Below, piece after piece: positions 14,276-27,400 of a stretch of DNA of 64,000 nucleotides; position 1 is the first letter of the stretch, and every line of letters starts with the position of its first letter. The notes beneath the pieces are model-generated. The model was not told the DNA's origin. It was given only the letters and a program-made list of their open reading frames with translations, and ran no database searches. Where the stretch lies: contig NIVC01001134.1 of NCBI GenBank assembly GCA_002269645.1, positions 289,691-353,690 of the forward strand. Direction: 5' to 3'. Source of the DNA: Macrostomum lignano. Taxonomy: Eukaryota. Position numbers and translations under genes: made by a program.

Positions 14276-16002
14276 ATACTAGAATATTCAGATGAGATGA
14301 AGGGAGGAGACAGATGAGATGGAGGAAGGAGACCGATGTGATGCAGGGAGGAGACAGATGAGTTGAAGGGAGGCGACAGAGGGGATGAAGGGAGGCGACA
14401 GAGGAGCTGAAGGGAGGAGACAGTGAAGTTGAAGGGGATGTTGAAGGGAGTGGAGATGAAGGGAGTGGAGATGAAGGGAGTGGAGGTGAAGCGGAGATGA
14501 AGGGAGTGGAGATGAAGGGAGAAAGATGTTTAGCGGAGGCAGATGCAGGGACGGTTTCTATTCAGATCTATTCGATTAAATATTTTTCCTCGCACTGCTC
14601 CTTGATCATCAAACCCCAATTTTGTCTAACGCGTGTCATAAATGACTCAAAAAAAACAATCACAGCTGCAAATCGTGATTGACCAAGTAGGCTTACTGAC
14701 TGGCCTGCCCTACTCACATTGGTCGCAGGCTGCTGAGAACCCACGTGAGGAAGCGGCTGCTGCTGGTACTTGCTGTTTCCATTCCTGCGGCGCCGGACAA
14801 GCCCGCAACAAGCCGCAGCCATCTCTGCCGAGGCTGCAGCAGCTTCCACTGCTGGCTGTCTGTTCTGCTGTAAAGTAGCTGGCAGCAGCAAGGCTACTCG
14901 ATAGAGCTCAGAGCCGAATCGGGCAAATGGAAGGACCAAGAGGGAAACAAACAGAATAATTAGAGAAGAAGCAAAATAGATGCTCTCCTGCGCTTCCTGC
15001 CGTCAAATGTGATCGCCCGCGCGCCTTTCACTGCAGCTCGGCGTGCACGCCTTTGGGGGGTGGGGGTTCCAAAATCTCCGGCGTTATAGCCCTGCCTGCC
15101 CTTCTGCCCTGCGCCACACACCCACCCCCTCCGCGTTACACGCCGCCCTTTCGCGTCGCCCCTTGTTGGCTAGACTTGGGGGGGGGAGCTTTGCACTCTG
15201 CATCGGAGGGGGGTGGCGGCGCGGTAGAGGGGTGGTTGGGCGACGCCAACCCCCGCCCCAAGTCTGTCCTGCCAGCCCCAACCCCCCTCCAGAGCAGATG
15301 TGCTGCAATGGAGCGATAAAGCCTAAGAGCTGTCATAGGATGAGACCGCTGAGGTCTGGCTGCTGCTATTTCTTCTATTTTTTAAGACCCCGGCTCTTAG
15401 CGCTCTCTCTCCGCATCTAATTCTCTGTCTATCGGATTTATGCAGCAATCCAGTGCCAAACTGTTTTGTTTAACAATTTTTTTGGAGCGAGACCAAGCCA
15501 TCCACCCCTAATACTATGGCCTGTTTACAACAAAAATACCAGGGGTGAGGCGAGAGAGATGGAATAAAGAGGACAGGGCACGGCTCTTGGGTGACGGGCC
15601 AGTGCAGAAATTTTGCTGCGCTTCATCTCGCTTTCTTGCCTTTGTTTGGCCTGAAAACCGTTGGAGCGACACTCGCTGCTCAAAATCGTGCAGTCCGAGT
15701 CTGACCTATGGGCACCCCACCTATCTTCCTATACCTATAAGCTGCTTGTTTTGTGAAGAGAATAGCGTTTGTCCTCAGTGTTTGCCTGACTGGGCCAAGC
15801 CTCATAAACTGATCTCTGCTATCTTCTTTTAGTTGGAGTTCGGTGCAGTGTGGTTCTCACTGTTTTTGTACCAACACTGTGCTCAGAGCATATTTACGAT
15901 GAAATAAAAATGTTTCTTTTCAAAATGGTGTCTTCGCAAAAGATTTATTATGAACCCCGTCTGGCGCAAATGCAGGTCGGCACAATTATGTCACTGTGTA
16001 GA

Positions 16003-16153
<151 letters not shown>

Positions 16154-16747
16154 TTTTCAGGAGTTTTCTGGCAACATTAAAGTACTAGTACTTTTAAATA
16201 ACGAAACAGAGAGAAAATGACGCACTGTCATAAAATTCTCTCTAACCTCGTTTTCCTACTTGTAGTAGCAACCAACATACTTATGGATATGAAAAAGAAG
16301 AAACTGAAAAATGTGGAAGTCCGGACGAAAATTTATTTAGAAATCGAGGACCAGTGCAGGTGCATGAAAAGACTGCTTAGTTAGGATTTATCATAAAGGA
16401 TGACAAACAGACCAGTGAATCCGAACTCACAGTGAAATTGCTTCTCAATGATTCTTCGAGCTCAAATTTTCCGCGTTTCTTGGCCGACTCGGCAGATTCC
16501 GCTGATCGCTTCATTACTAGCCGGCCAGCTGTCAGTCAGTTGTTGGCTCGCACCAGTTAAATACTTTATGACTATTGTATGACTTTATACCGACTGCAGA
16601 TTAAGCGGCGGATTAAAGCGGAGAGGCGCAAAGCTGAAACAGAACAAGCTGTGGGGGTGAAATTCAATCGGATCGAATAGCAGTGTCTCACTATTCCTAC
16701 GGCAATGAAAATATGCTAATGACTGGCTGGAAACTCGCTGCAGATAC

Positions 16748-16753
16748 CCTCTC

Positions 16754-16828
<75 letters not shown>

Positions 16829-16830
16829 AG
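16748..16830. repeat. (CT)n microsatellite
   Basis: Direct reading. Confidence 0.95.
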
Positions 16831-17144
16831 CTTCCAGCAGTTTTTCGATCAGATAAGACAGTCAAGACAGTTGGGCAAGCAGAAGCAGATTTTAAGGCAG
16901 GCGGCTTCGTGACGAAGAGCTTATATAATTAGAGGTGCACGAAGCGTACGTACGGTTATGTAGCGATTGCCAAGACTGCTCAGCATGAAGGAAGTCAGTA
17001 AACGCAACAGGTGACGCGTTTTTAATATTGATATTGACGCACTGGCTGAGATACTGACAGCCAAAATAGTTATACTTATCTTTCATGCGCACAAATCTTC
17101 TGACTGACTGCTCGGTTGACTTAGCGAGCACAAATATTTTTGTG

Positions 17145-18124
17145 GTCTCGATTGGAGCTACAATTGGGTCTTGATTGGAGCTACGATTGGGTTTTGATTG
17201 GAGCTACAATTGGGTCTTGATTGGAGCTACAATTGGGTTTTGATTGGAGCTGCAATTGGGTTTTGATTGGAGCTACAATGGGGTCTTGATTGGAGCTACA
17301 ATTGGGTCTTGATTGGAGCTACAATTGGGTCTTGATTGGAGCTACAATTGGGTCTTGATTGGAGCTACAATTGGGTCTTGATTGGAGCTACAATTGGGTC
17401 TTGATTGGAGCTACAATTGGGTCTTGATTGGAGCTACAATTGGGTCTTGATTGGAGCTACAATTGGGTTTTGATTGGAGCTGCAATTGGGTTTTGATTGG
17501 AGCTACAATTGGGTCTTGATTGGAGCTACAATTGGGTCTTGATTGGAGCTACAATTGGGTCTTGATTGGAGCTACAATTGGGTCTTGATTGGAGCTACAA
17601 TTGGGTTTTGATTGGAGCTGCAATTGGGTTTTGATTGGAGCTACAATGGGGTCTTGATTGGAGCTACAATTGGGTCTTGATTGGAGCTACAATTGGGTCT
17701 TGATTGGAGCTACAATTGGGTCTTGATTGGAGCTACAATTGGGTCTTGATTGGAGCTACAATTGGGTCTTGATTGGAGCTACAATTGGGTCTTGATTGGA
17801 GCTACAATTGGGTCTTGATTGGAGCTACAATTGGGTTTTGATTGGAGCTGCAATTGGGTTTTGATTGGAGCTACAATTGGGTCTTGATTGGAGCTACAAT
17901 TGGGTCTTGATTGGAGCTACAATTGGGTCTTGATTGGAGCTACAATTGAGTTTTGATTGGAGCTACAATTGGGTTTTGATGGGAGCTACAATTGGGTTTT
18001 GATTGGAGCTACAATTGAGTTTTGATTGGAGCTACAATTGGGTTTTGATTGGAGCTACAATTGGGTTTTGATTGGAGCTACAATTGAGTTTTGATTGGAG
18101 CTACAATTGGGTTTTGATGGGAGC
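17145..18124. repeat. 23-bp satellite, left array (TTGATTGGAGCTACAATTGGGTC)
   Basis: Tandem copies up to the transposon insertion. Confidence 0.97.
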
Positions 18125-19251
18125 TAGGGGTGTTCGGGGTTCGGGGTCGGGTCGGGTTTTGGGTCGCGTTTTGGTACCGGGTTCTGGGTTCGGGATAGGG
18201 TGTTCGGGTCGAGTATCGGGTTCGGGGTTAGGTGTTCGGGTTCGGGTGTTCGGGTTCGGGTTTTCGTGTCGGGTTTAGGGTCGGGTTTTTGGAGTTTTAG
18301 GGTTCAAAGGAAAAATAAACTTTAGCTATTTAAAAAATAAATTTCTAATGTCGTTATGTAACGCTTTTTAAGTATAAAAAGGCGAATATTTAAACTTCGA
18401 GAAACCGAAATTAAGGACTGAATTAATGAATGTAGGGTTCTACGGATGAAATCTATAAATCTAACTATAACTATAATCATAATTAAACATAATTATGCTT
18501 CCAGAATTCTAGCCAATTAGTTGTAGTCCTACACCGAGGGTTGTGGCTTGTAGGCCCCCTTTTCTGTTTTCTATTTTCTGTTTTTGCGGTACATGCAGAA
18601 GTTTTAAATAAAAAATTTAAGGCTGTTCAACCTTCATTTTTCAATTCTTCATTAAGCTACCACTCGAGTGCTGCGCTAACAATGACAACCTAAACCCAAG
18701 TTGGCAAACATTTGGATAAGTGGATGTTAAAGTCAATGCTAAGATCTTAAGAATGAGGAGTCAAATTATAGGGAGGGGAGAATTGTGAAGACTTTCTAGT
18801 CAGTTAAGGAGCCAGGACTGCAAATGAGAACGAGAAGAAGACTACTAGAGGTGCTAGCTGATGACTAGAAATAGGAGTTAAGGAGCCAGGACTGCAAATG
18901 AGAACGAGAAGAAGACTACTAGAGGTGCTAGCTGATGACTAGAAATAGGAGTTAAGGAGCCAGGACTGCAAATGAGAACGAGAAGAAGACTACTAGAGGT
19001 ACCTCAGGACGAGTAACTCTCTTTAGATGTCACTCTTGGAAAAAAGATCACCACAGAAAGCCTGAGATGAAGCGTTCTCCTTTCAGGGAAAGTTCAGGGT
19101 CGGTCCGGGTCGGGTTTCGGGTTCGGGGTACAGAGTCCGGGTTGGGTTTCGGGTTCGGGGTCAGTGTTTCGGGTTCGGGGTTTACCCCGAATGTTGATAT
19201 TGATCGGGGTTTACCCCGAACACGGAAAAAATGGAAACCCGAACACCCCTA
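18125..19251. mobile_element. Non-autonomous hAT-like DNA transposon inserted in the 23-bp satellite
   Basis: Perfect 14-bp terminal inverted repeat (TIR): TAGGGGTGTTCGGG at 18125-18138 and CCCGAACACCCCTA at 19238-19251. Flanks ATGGGAGC and ATTCGAGC each differ by one base from satellite ATTGGAGC (8-bp TSD). GGGTTC-type subterminal repeats; internal 74-bp tandem repeat (18802, 18876, 18950); no transposase ORF. Confidence 0.8.
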
Positions 19252-21325
19252 ATTCGAGCTACAATTGGGTTTTGATTGTCACTACAATGGAATCTTTATT
19301 GGAGGTAAAATGGGGTCTTGATTAGCGCTACAATGGGGTCTTGATTGGAGGTACAATGGGGTCTTGATTGGAGGTAAAATGGGGTCTTGATTAGAGCTAC
19401 AATGGGGTCTTGATTGGAGATACAATTGGGTCTTGACTGGAGCTACAATGGGGTCTTGATTGGAGCTACAATGGGGTCTTGACTGGAGCTACAATGGGGT
19501 CTTGATTGGAGATACAATGGGGTCTTGATTGGAGCTACAATGGGGTCTTGATTGGAGATACAATGGGGTCTTGACTGGAGCTACAATGGGGTCTTGATTG
19601 GAGCTACAATGGGGTCTTGATTGGAGCTACAATGGGGTCTTTATTGGAGGTACAATGGGGTCTTGATTGGAGCTACAATGGGGTCTTGACTGGAGCTACA
19701 ATGGGGTCTTGATTGGAGCTACAATGGGGTCTTGATTGGAGGTACAATGGGGTCTTGATTGGAGCTACAATGGGGTCTTGATTGGAGGTACAATGGGGTC
19801 TTGACTGGAGCTACGAGTACAATGGGGTCTTGATTGGAGCTCCAATGGGGTCTTTATTGGAGGTACAATGGGGTCTTGATTGGAGCTACAATGGGGTCTT
19901 GACTGGAGCTACAATTGGGTCTTGACTGGAGCTACAATGGGGTCTTGATTGGAGCTACAATGGGGTCTTGACTGGAGCTACAATGGGGTCTTGATTGGAG
20001 ATACAATGGGGTCTTGATTGGAGCTCCAATGGGGTCTTTATTGGAGATACAATGGGGTCTTGACTGGAGCTACAATGGGGTCTTGATTGGAGGTACAATG
20101 GGGTCTTGATTGGAGCTACAATGGGGTCTTGATTGGAGGTACAATGGGGTCTTGACTGGAGCTACGAGTACAATGGGGTCTTGATTGGAGCTCCAATGGG
20201 GTCTTTATTGGAGGTACAATGGGGTCTTGATTGGAGCTACAATGGGGTCTTGACTGGAGCTACAATTGGGTCTTGACTGGAGCTACAATGGGGTCTTGAT
20301 TGGAGCTACAATGGGGTCTTGACTGGAGCTACAATGGGGTCTTGATTGGAGATACAATGGGGTCTTGATTGGAGCTCCAATGGGGTCTTTATTGGAGATA
20401 CAATGGGGTCTTGACTGGAGCTACAATGGGGTCTTGACTGGAGCTACAATGGGGTCTTGATTGGAGCTACAATGGGGTCTTGATTGGAGGTACAATGGGG
20501 TCTTGATTGGAGCTACAATGGGGTCTTGATTGGAGCTACAATGGGGTCTTGATTGGAGGTACAATTGGGTCTTGACTGGAGCTACGAGTACAATGGGGTC
20601 TTGATTGGAGCTCCAATGGGGTCTTTATTGGAGGTACAATGGGGTCTTGATTGGAGCTACAATGGGGTCTTGACTGGAGCTACAATGGGGTCTTGATTGG
20701 AGCTACAATGGGGTCTTGATTGGAGGTACAATGGGGTCTTGATTGGAGATACAATGGGGTCTTGACTGGAGCTACAATGGGGTCTTGATTGGAGCTACAA
20801 TGGGGTCTTGATTGGAGCTACAATGGGGTCTTGATTGGAGCTACAATGGGGTCTTGATTGGAGGTACAATTGGGTCTTGACTGGAGCTACGAGTACAATG
20901 GGGTCTTGATTGGAGCTCCAATGGGGTCTTTATTGGAGGTACAATGGGGTCTTGATTGGAGCTACAATGGGGTCTTGACTGGAGCTACAATGGGGTCTTG
21001 ATTGGAGCTACAATGGGGTCTTGATTGGAGGTACAATGGGGTCTTGATTGGAGATACAATGGGGTCTTGACTGGAGCTACAATGGGGTCTTGATTGGAGC
21101 TACAATGGGGTCTTGATTGGAGCTACAATGGGGTCTTGATTGGAGGTACAATGGGGTCTTGATTGGAGATACAATGGGGTCTTGATTGGAGGTACAATGG
21201 GGTCTTGATTGGAGCTACAATGGGGTCTTGATTAGCGCTACAATGAAGTCTTGATTATCACTACAATGGGATCTTGATTGGCGCTACAATGGGGTCTTGA
21301 TTGTCGCTAAAATGGGATCATTAGT
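19252..21325. repeat. 23-bp satellite, right array (TTGATTGGAGCTACAATGGGGTC) with higher-order blocks
   Basis: Tandem copies; a recurring GAGCTACGAGTACAAT variant marks larger duplicated blocks. Confidence 0.97.
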
Positions 21326-22219
21326 GATGCTAGCAACAACGGTGTCTTGATTCCGGGCAAATCTCCAGGCATCAATTTAATTTGACCGATCTGTCACTAG
21401 AACGGTGCACACCTTTTCAAGGCCCCAATGCTGACTTGGAATACCCAGCGGTGGGGAGCCGGCTGCCTTGATCAATGATGCATGGCAGCTGGCCGCTCAA
21501 ATAGCTGCTCAGGCATCATTAACTCTATCCCCCTCTGTCCCCCGCTCTCCCCAATGCCCGCAGTGTATTATAAGCTGTCTATTTTGCTGCTCACGGCCTA
21601 AGAACCGTTTCACCCTCGGTCGGAGGAAGAATCTCCCACGCCGATCTATATTATATAGGAGGGAAATCCCCAAGCGGGAAGAATCGATATTGACTCTAGG
21701 CCATCGCCAGCGCGCTCCTAGCAGGTGTACTCAGCCGCTCCCAACACCCCACCACTCCGCGTTCACGCCCGATCGGCGATGCTGCCACCTTTGCGCGTCA
21801 TCATTTGGGCCGCTTTTCCCCAAAAAGTACTTTTTGCTAGGCGCGGCCAAACCGAACGCATTCCGAGTCACCGGCACTGGGGCTGGGAGAAAATAACAAC
21901 TGCGGGGCTACGAAGAAATCTGGGCAGGGGGGGGGGCGGCTTCTCGTAGATCCTCGGGGTCCCTTTTCCCAAAATCCTGTGCCTGCTTTTCTTCCCTTCC
22001 CTCTCTCTCTTCAATGGTCGCTTGCTTCCAAAGGACAGGACAGGTTTCCGCCCTGCCCTTCCCTGACTCGCCCGGCCGGCCGTCCGCCCCGCTCCCCTTT
22101 TCTCGTGCAATAAAACGCACTCCGATCCGCGGATCAGCCCGAATTCCCCGGGGGATAACTCGATGCAGCGGCATTACGTCAGGCGGATATACAGGGAGGG
22201 CAGGGCATTCAGAAGCGGA

Positions 22220-22349
22220 CAGGATGTGCCGAAATTGCAATAGAAATGAGGAAGAGAAACGTGCGGCCCTGCACTTCAGGAGGGAAGGAAATGATAACGG
22301 ATGGTTTAAACCCGGTAAAAAACTTGGCCCGATGCTCGAATTTCTGGTG
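22220..22349 (+). CDS. Possible upstream first exon of the F-box gene
   Basis: End of a GC-rich island with a strong donor (GTG|GTAAGA, 22350) in phase 0, compatible with acceptor CTGACAG|TCG at 24457 in frame with the F-box. The start codon is a guess. Confidence 0.25.
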
Positions 22350-23926
22350 GTAAGACACTGAAAGAGATGATGAGAGAATTCGCTCCCCTCAAAAGTACAT
22401 TTACTGTTGACACTTATAGAACTTCTTTGGGGGAAGACTGTACAGTATGGAATTTAAGTAAAATTCGGGTTATCTCATAAAGACCCCTGTTCCTAATTTG
22501 CTATAGAAGGCCAATAAAGATACGTAAATGCCTAAAGATGGATAAATTTGCAAGCGCCCATATTATTTGGTAACTTAAATTCAGGGAATCAAATAGACTC
22601 GTTCATGAAGCTATCATATACCAATAATTATAATATAATCACAGCAAAATACCATTTTATTTATTTCTTGAGCTGATACATAGATTTGAGCATTTTCGTA
22701 TGATATGAAAAATCCTCAGACATGCGCACCAACTCAATCAATCGCGACAAAATACTTGATCAACTACAGTTGCCAACTCAGAGTGTCAGTAGCTATAGCT
22801 TCTCTTTTATATCATCAAATCATTTATTAAAAAATGGAAGCATTATTACTAAATAGAAATATTTATTAAACATTAAAAATCGTGTGTCTATGTGCATTGA
22901 AAAATTCTGAACTGACAAACGAAACAGACGAAGTTTCTAAATGTTATATGTGATGCAACATTGCAACTCTTATAAACATGTACATAGAAACTTAATTCCT
23001 TTTTTTGTTTTTAAATGAAACGTTTGAGCGCCATAATAAATTCTAATGAAGTTTTAAAAAGTAAAATCTTCATCTTTACACATTTAGCAATTCAGTTAGC
23101 CTGTAAAATGAAAATTTACAGTTCCTACTGTCCATATTTTTATAACTGATTTAAGCATTATTTTCTTGTACCTACCTGCTCATCCTGAATAATAAAAAAG
23201 CTAAGTAACTATATTGAGTCATAATCATTATATTTATAAACTATTTAAAAATCAGCTAAATACACGCAAAAATTTTATGAGAGCTTCGAAAACCCTGATT
23301 CGATTATAAGTAGCTAATCGTCTTAGTTATACACTAAAGAAAATGTTATAAAAAGTTTCATTTCAGATTAAAATGAAATATGGGTACGTGAAATTTTTTT
23401 GGGTACGTCGTGGCTGCAATAAAATGTAACAAATACCGCTCTGTTATTCTTAACACAGTCCTTCAGACCCTTAAGCACGTGGGCTTCCCGACTCAAAATG
23501 CAACTCGGCGATATTCAAATAAATAACACGATGTTTATCGAGCGCGCTATAACACAAGCAAACTTTCAAAACATTTATTAGTGGAAGTAAATAATTAAAC
23601 GTAAATAACTGTATGTAGGCTCTTTTTTCCCTTATATAGTGTAAATAAACTGCAAGTACAATATGTGATTGGTGACGCTAGCGCGAAAATAAATAAACTA
23701 CACTTGAAGATTTTTTTATAAAATATTCCCGACTGACTAATAATGGAGTCATTTTTAAGACCTGTCTAATATGTTTTTGTAAACTGCATAACTTTACCAA
23801 TAAAATCAAATTTTATTTATTCTAATATCTAGGTGTAGTACTTGTCTACATGTACATATTATAACATTTATTTAAGTAATCTGGACATAACAGTATAGTC
23901 TTAAATTAAATTTAGTTCAGCTTAGT

Positions 23927-24429
23927 CCATAGTGTAGATCATGTAGTGCACGCGAGAATTTTCCCGCGTGCATTTTCAATAGTGGCGTGCACCGGCGTGC
24001 GATTAGGTAAGTGGCGTGCATTTGGCGTGTATAATGCACACTACATAAATACACTGGCGTGCCTGGCATGCGCCGCGTGCCGCGTGCCTGGCACCTGATG
24101 TGGCAAAGCTGCCAATGCAATGGTAAGCAGACATAAAATACGTATTATTGTACTTAACTTTTGAAAAAAAACTATTGTAAATAAACAGTGTATAAGACTG
24201 TTAAATAAATTAATGTATTAGAAATACACGTTTTTAAAGATATATCATTTCTTTTGTACATCGTTTGTTGCTTTGTTTTACACAATGCAATTTAAAATAC
24301 GTTTTTTGTCTTCAATTTGAATTTTAATTTATCGGCGTGCATCGGCGTGCATTCGCTTGTCGTCGGCGTGATTTTGGGAATTAGCTTTGGGTCGTTTCTC
24401 GCGTGCACTTAGCATGATCCACACTATGG
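23927..24429. mobile_element. Non-autonomous DNA transposon (MITE), ~500 bp, perfect 8-bp TSD
   Basis: Imperfect ~34-bp TIR (CCATAGTGTAGATCATG...GTGCACGCGAGAA / TTCTCGCGTGCAC...CATGATCCACACTATGG); AGCTTAGT at 23919-23926 and 24430-24437; many internal GGCGTGC motifs. Confidence 0.88.
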
Positions 24430-24472
24430 AGCTTAGTAGTCTGAGTCTTACTGACAGTCGACAGATACTGAT

Positions 24473-27400
24473 ATGAATAAACTGCCAGACGAGTTACTAC
24501 TTAGAATATTTCAACTTCTTGAGTGCCAAGAGGTTTCCCAAATATCAAGGTATGTTTTTCATTTTGTCTCTCAGCTCAGCCTCAGGCTAATTGCTTTTTA
24601 AAAAAACCAAATGTGATACTGATAGTGATATGCATTAATGCATATTCCTGATAATCACTGATGTGGGTTAAGTAATATAGACAGCATTTTACAAGAAGCA
24701 AAAATAAGTAAGAATAATTTACTTTTCTAGTAATGAAATAGAAAATTAAGTATATATACTATTACAAGATTTAAAGAGTATTTTGTCCTAGGCCTAGGGC
24801 TTTCTCTTGTCTTTTATAAGTATTATGCTGCTGCTGCTACCAAATATGTGATAGGGGTTTGGTTCTACCTTCTAAGATAATTTCACAGCTGTCACCAAGT
24901 TGTAATAGCTCTGATATTTCTATCCCACCTACCCTACCATTAACTACCAAGTTGTAATAAGGGGTTCTTTAATATAATAATAGTTGTGCACTTTTTCTAG
25001 GAATTATTAGTTTAATTATAATAAAACACATTTTTGATATCATTTCTAGTGTATTTTGGCCTGAGAGGTTCTGCACTCTAAATCTTCTATTATATTGTAG
25101 GCCCTATGTTTTATTATTCTTAATAAGAAAAAAGCTAAGATAATCCTAACTAAATTCCTAACAATGGGATTTCTCCCCAATATATTTAATTTCATTGTTG
25201 TACTTGCAAAAAGGGCAAAGTTAACTGTCGAGGTTGCCTCGGAGGAAGCAGTGCCTGGCAAGGTAACCATGGCCAGTAAAGGTCATGACAAAGGCTCGAA
25301 TATCTTCCGATTTTGGTTCAGAAGAACATTTCTGAGCCTGCAAGAGGGGCACAGAACTGCAGCATGAGATTGCTAGCAGTTTTGGGTTCCCACCCATCTG
25401 TCCCTCTGGAGGGAGTCAGCCCAGTCATTCATCTGACGATTGATGACCACTAAAGGGAGGAAGAGAAGGAAGAGAGCCAGAGCCACCCCTCTTGGTGAGG
25501 ATGTCTGCCAACTCATTCCCCAGAAACCCTGCGTGCCTTGGGATCCACTTCAGCCTGACAGTACATGTACTGCTACTGGCCAGGAGGTTGAGCTTCCAGG
25601 CGCAGTTGGCGACTGTCTGGGAGTTTGTGGTGGTGTGGCAAAGGGCCTGTAAGGCAGCTTGGCTATCAAATCGTAGGTTCAATTGGTCAATTTAATTTTA
25701 ACAAACAATCAAAATTAGCAACTTGAAGAATGTCTTTATTTTAATGAATAATATTGCTAGACACTTTGGCCTATATAAAGACTAATCCTTTTTAGTATAG
25801 TGGAGGATGCTTATTAGTTAAATATTAATCAGATTTTTATAATGTTATATAATTTCTTTAATTTTTAAATCACTAAATCCTCTCATTTTATCTGATTCTA
25901 AAATTTTAAACAGAGTCTGCAAGCGATGGCGCAACCTCTGTTCAGATCCTACTCTATGGGCCTATGTCAAGATGTACAATCGGATATCTCATAATGCACA
26001 ATTGAAAAAGCTGATTCGCAGCAAGCTAGGAACATTTACCCATGGCATTACTGTTCTACACCTTGGTTCTTATAGGCAAAGTGAGTCTGCACTGTGTAAA
26101 ATGTGTTTACTATATTCTACTCCACTTTACTTGGCTTTACTCTACACTACATGTAGTCAACTCTACACTACATACAATTTACTCTACGTGCAATCTACTC
26201 TACTTTACATGCCGTCTACTCTACTCTACATGCCGTCTACTTTACTCTACATGCAGTCTACTCTACACTCTACATACCGTCTACTCTACTCTACATGCAG
26301 TCTACTCTATACTCTACATGCAGTCTACTCTACTCTACTTGCAGTCTACTCTACTCTACATGCAGTATACTCTACTCTACATGTAGTCTACTCTACACTC
26401 TACATGCCGTCTACTTTACTCTACATGCAGTCTACTCTACACTCTACATACCGTCTACTCTACTCTACATGCAGTCTACTCTACTCTACATGCAGTATAC
26501 TCTACTCTACATGCAGTATACTCTACTCTACATGCAGTATACTCTACTCTACATGCAGTATACTCTACTCTACATGCAGTCTATTCTGCTTTACCCTTCA
26601 ATTGCGTCATACTCCATCGACCAATCAGCATCAGAAAACGGCGCGTCAAAGCCGCTACCCCGTCTCCGTCTGAGCATCACCCCCGACGTGATGCGTCTCT
26701 TAGCGACCTCCTGCCCTCACCTGACTGAGCTGGGCCTGGCCTACTGCGATCTCGGCCGCTCCTTCCCGCAGCACCTGCCGGAGACGCTGACTGAGGCAAG
26801 ACGCTCATGGGTTTTTAGTTTAATCTGGGTTTGAGTCGGAGTGGCTAGAGATTGAGTAGTGCATCTTCTAGATCTCAAACCGCACCCTCTGAATCCCAAA
26901 CCGCACCCTCTAGATCCCAAACTGCACCCTCTAGATCCCAAACCGCACCCTCTAGATCCCAAACCGCACCCTCTAGATCCCAAACCGCACCCTCTAGATC
27001 CCAAACCGCACCCTCTAGATCCCAAACCGCACCCTCTAGATCCCAAACCGCACCCTCTAGATCCCCAAACCACACCCTCTAGATCCCCAAACCGCACCCT
27101 CTAGATCCCCAAACCGCACCCTCTAGATCCCAAACCGCACCCTCTAGATCCCAAACCGCACCCTCTAGATCCCAAACCGCACCCTCTAAATCCCAAACCG
27201 CACCCTCTATACATGTAGATCCCCAAACCGCACCCTCTAGATCCCAAACCGCACCCTCTAGATCCCCAAACCGCACCCTCTAGATCCCCAAACCGCACCT
27301 TCTAGATCCCCAAACCGCACCCTCTAGATCCCCAAACCGCACCCTCTGAACCGCACCCTCTGAATCCCAAACCGCACCCTCTAGATCCCAAACCGCACCC

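Noticed and set aside
18130-18300. GGGTTC/GGGTTT runs resembling telomeric DNA
   Set aside because: They lie inside the TIR-bounded element at both ends and are better explained as subterminal transposon repeats.
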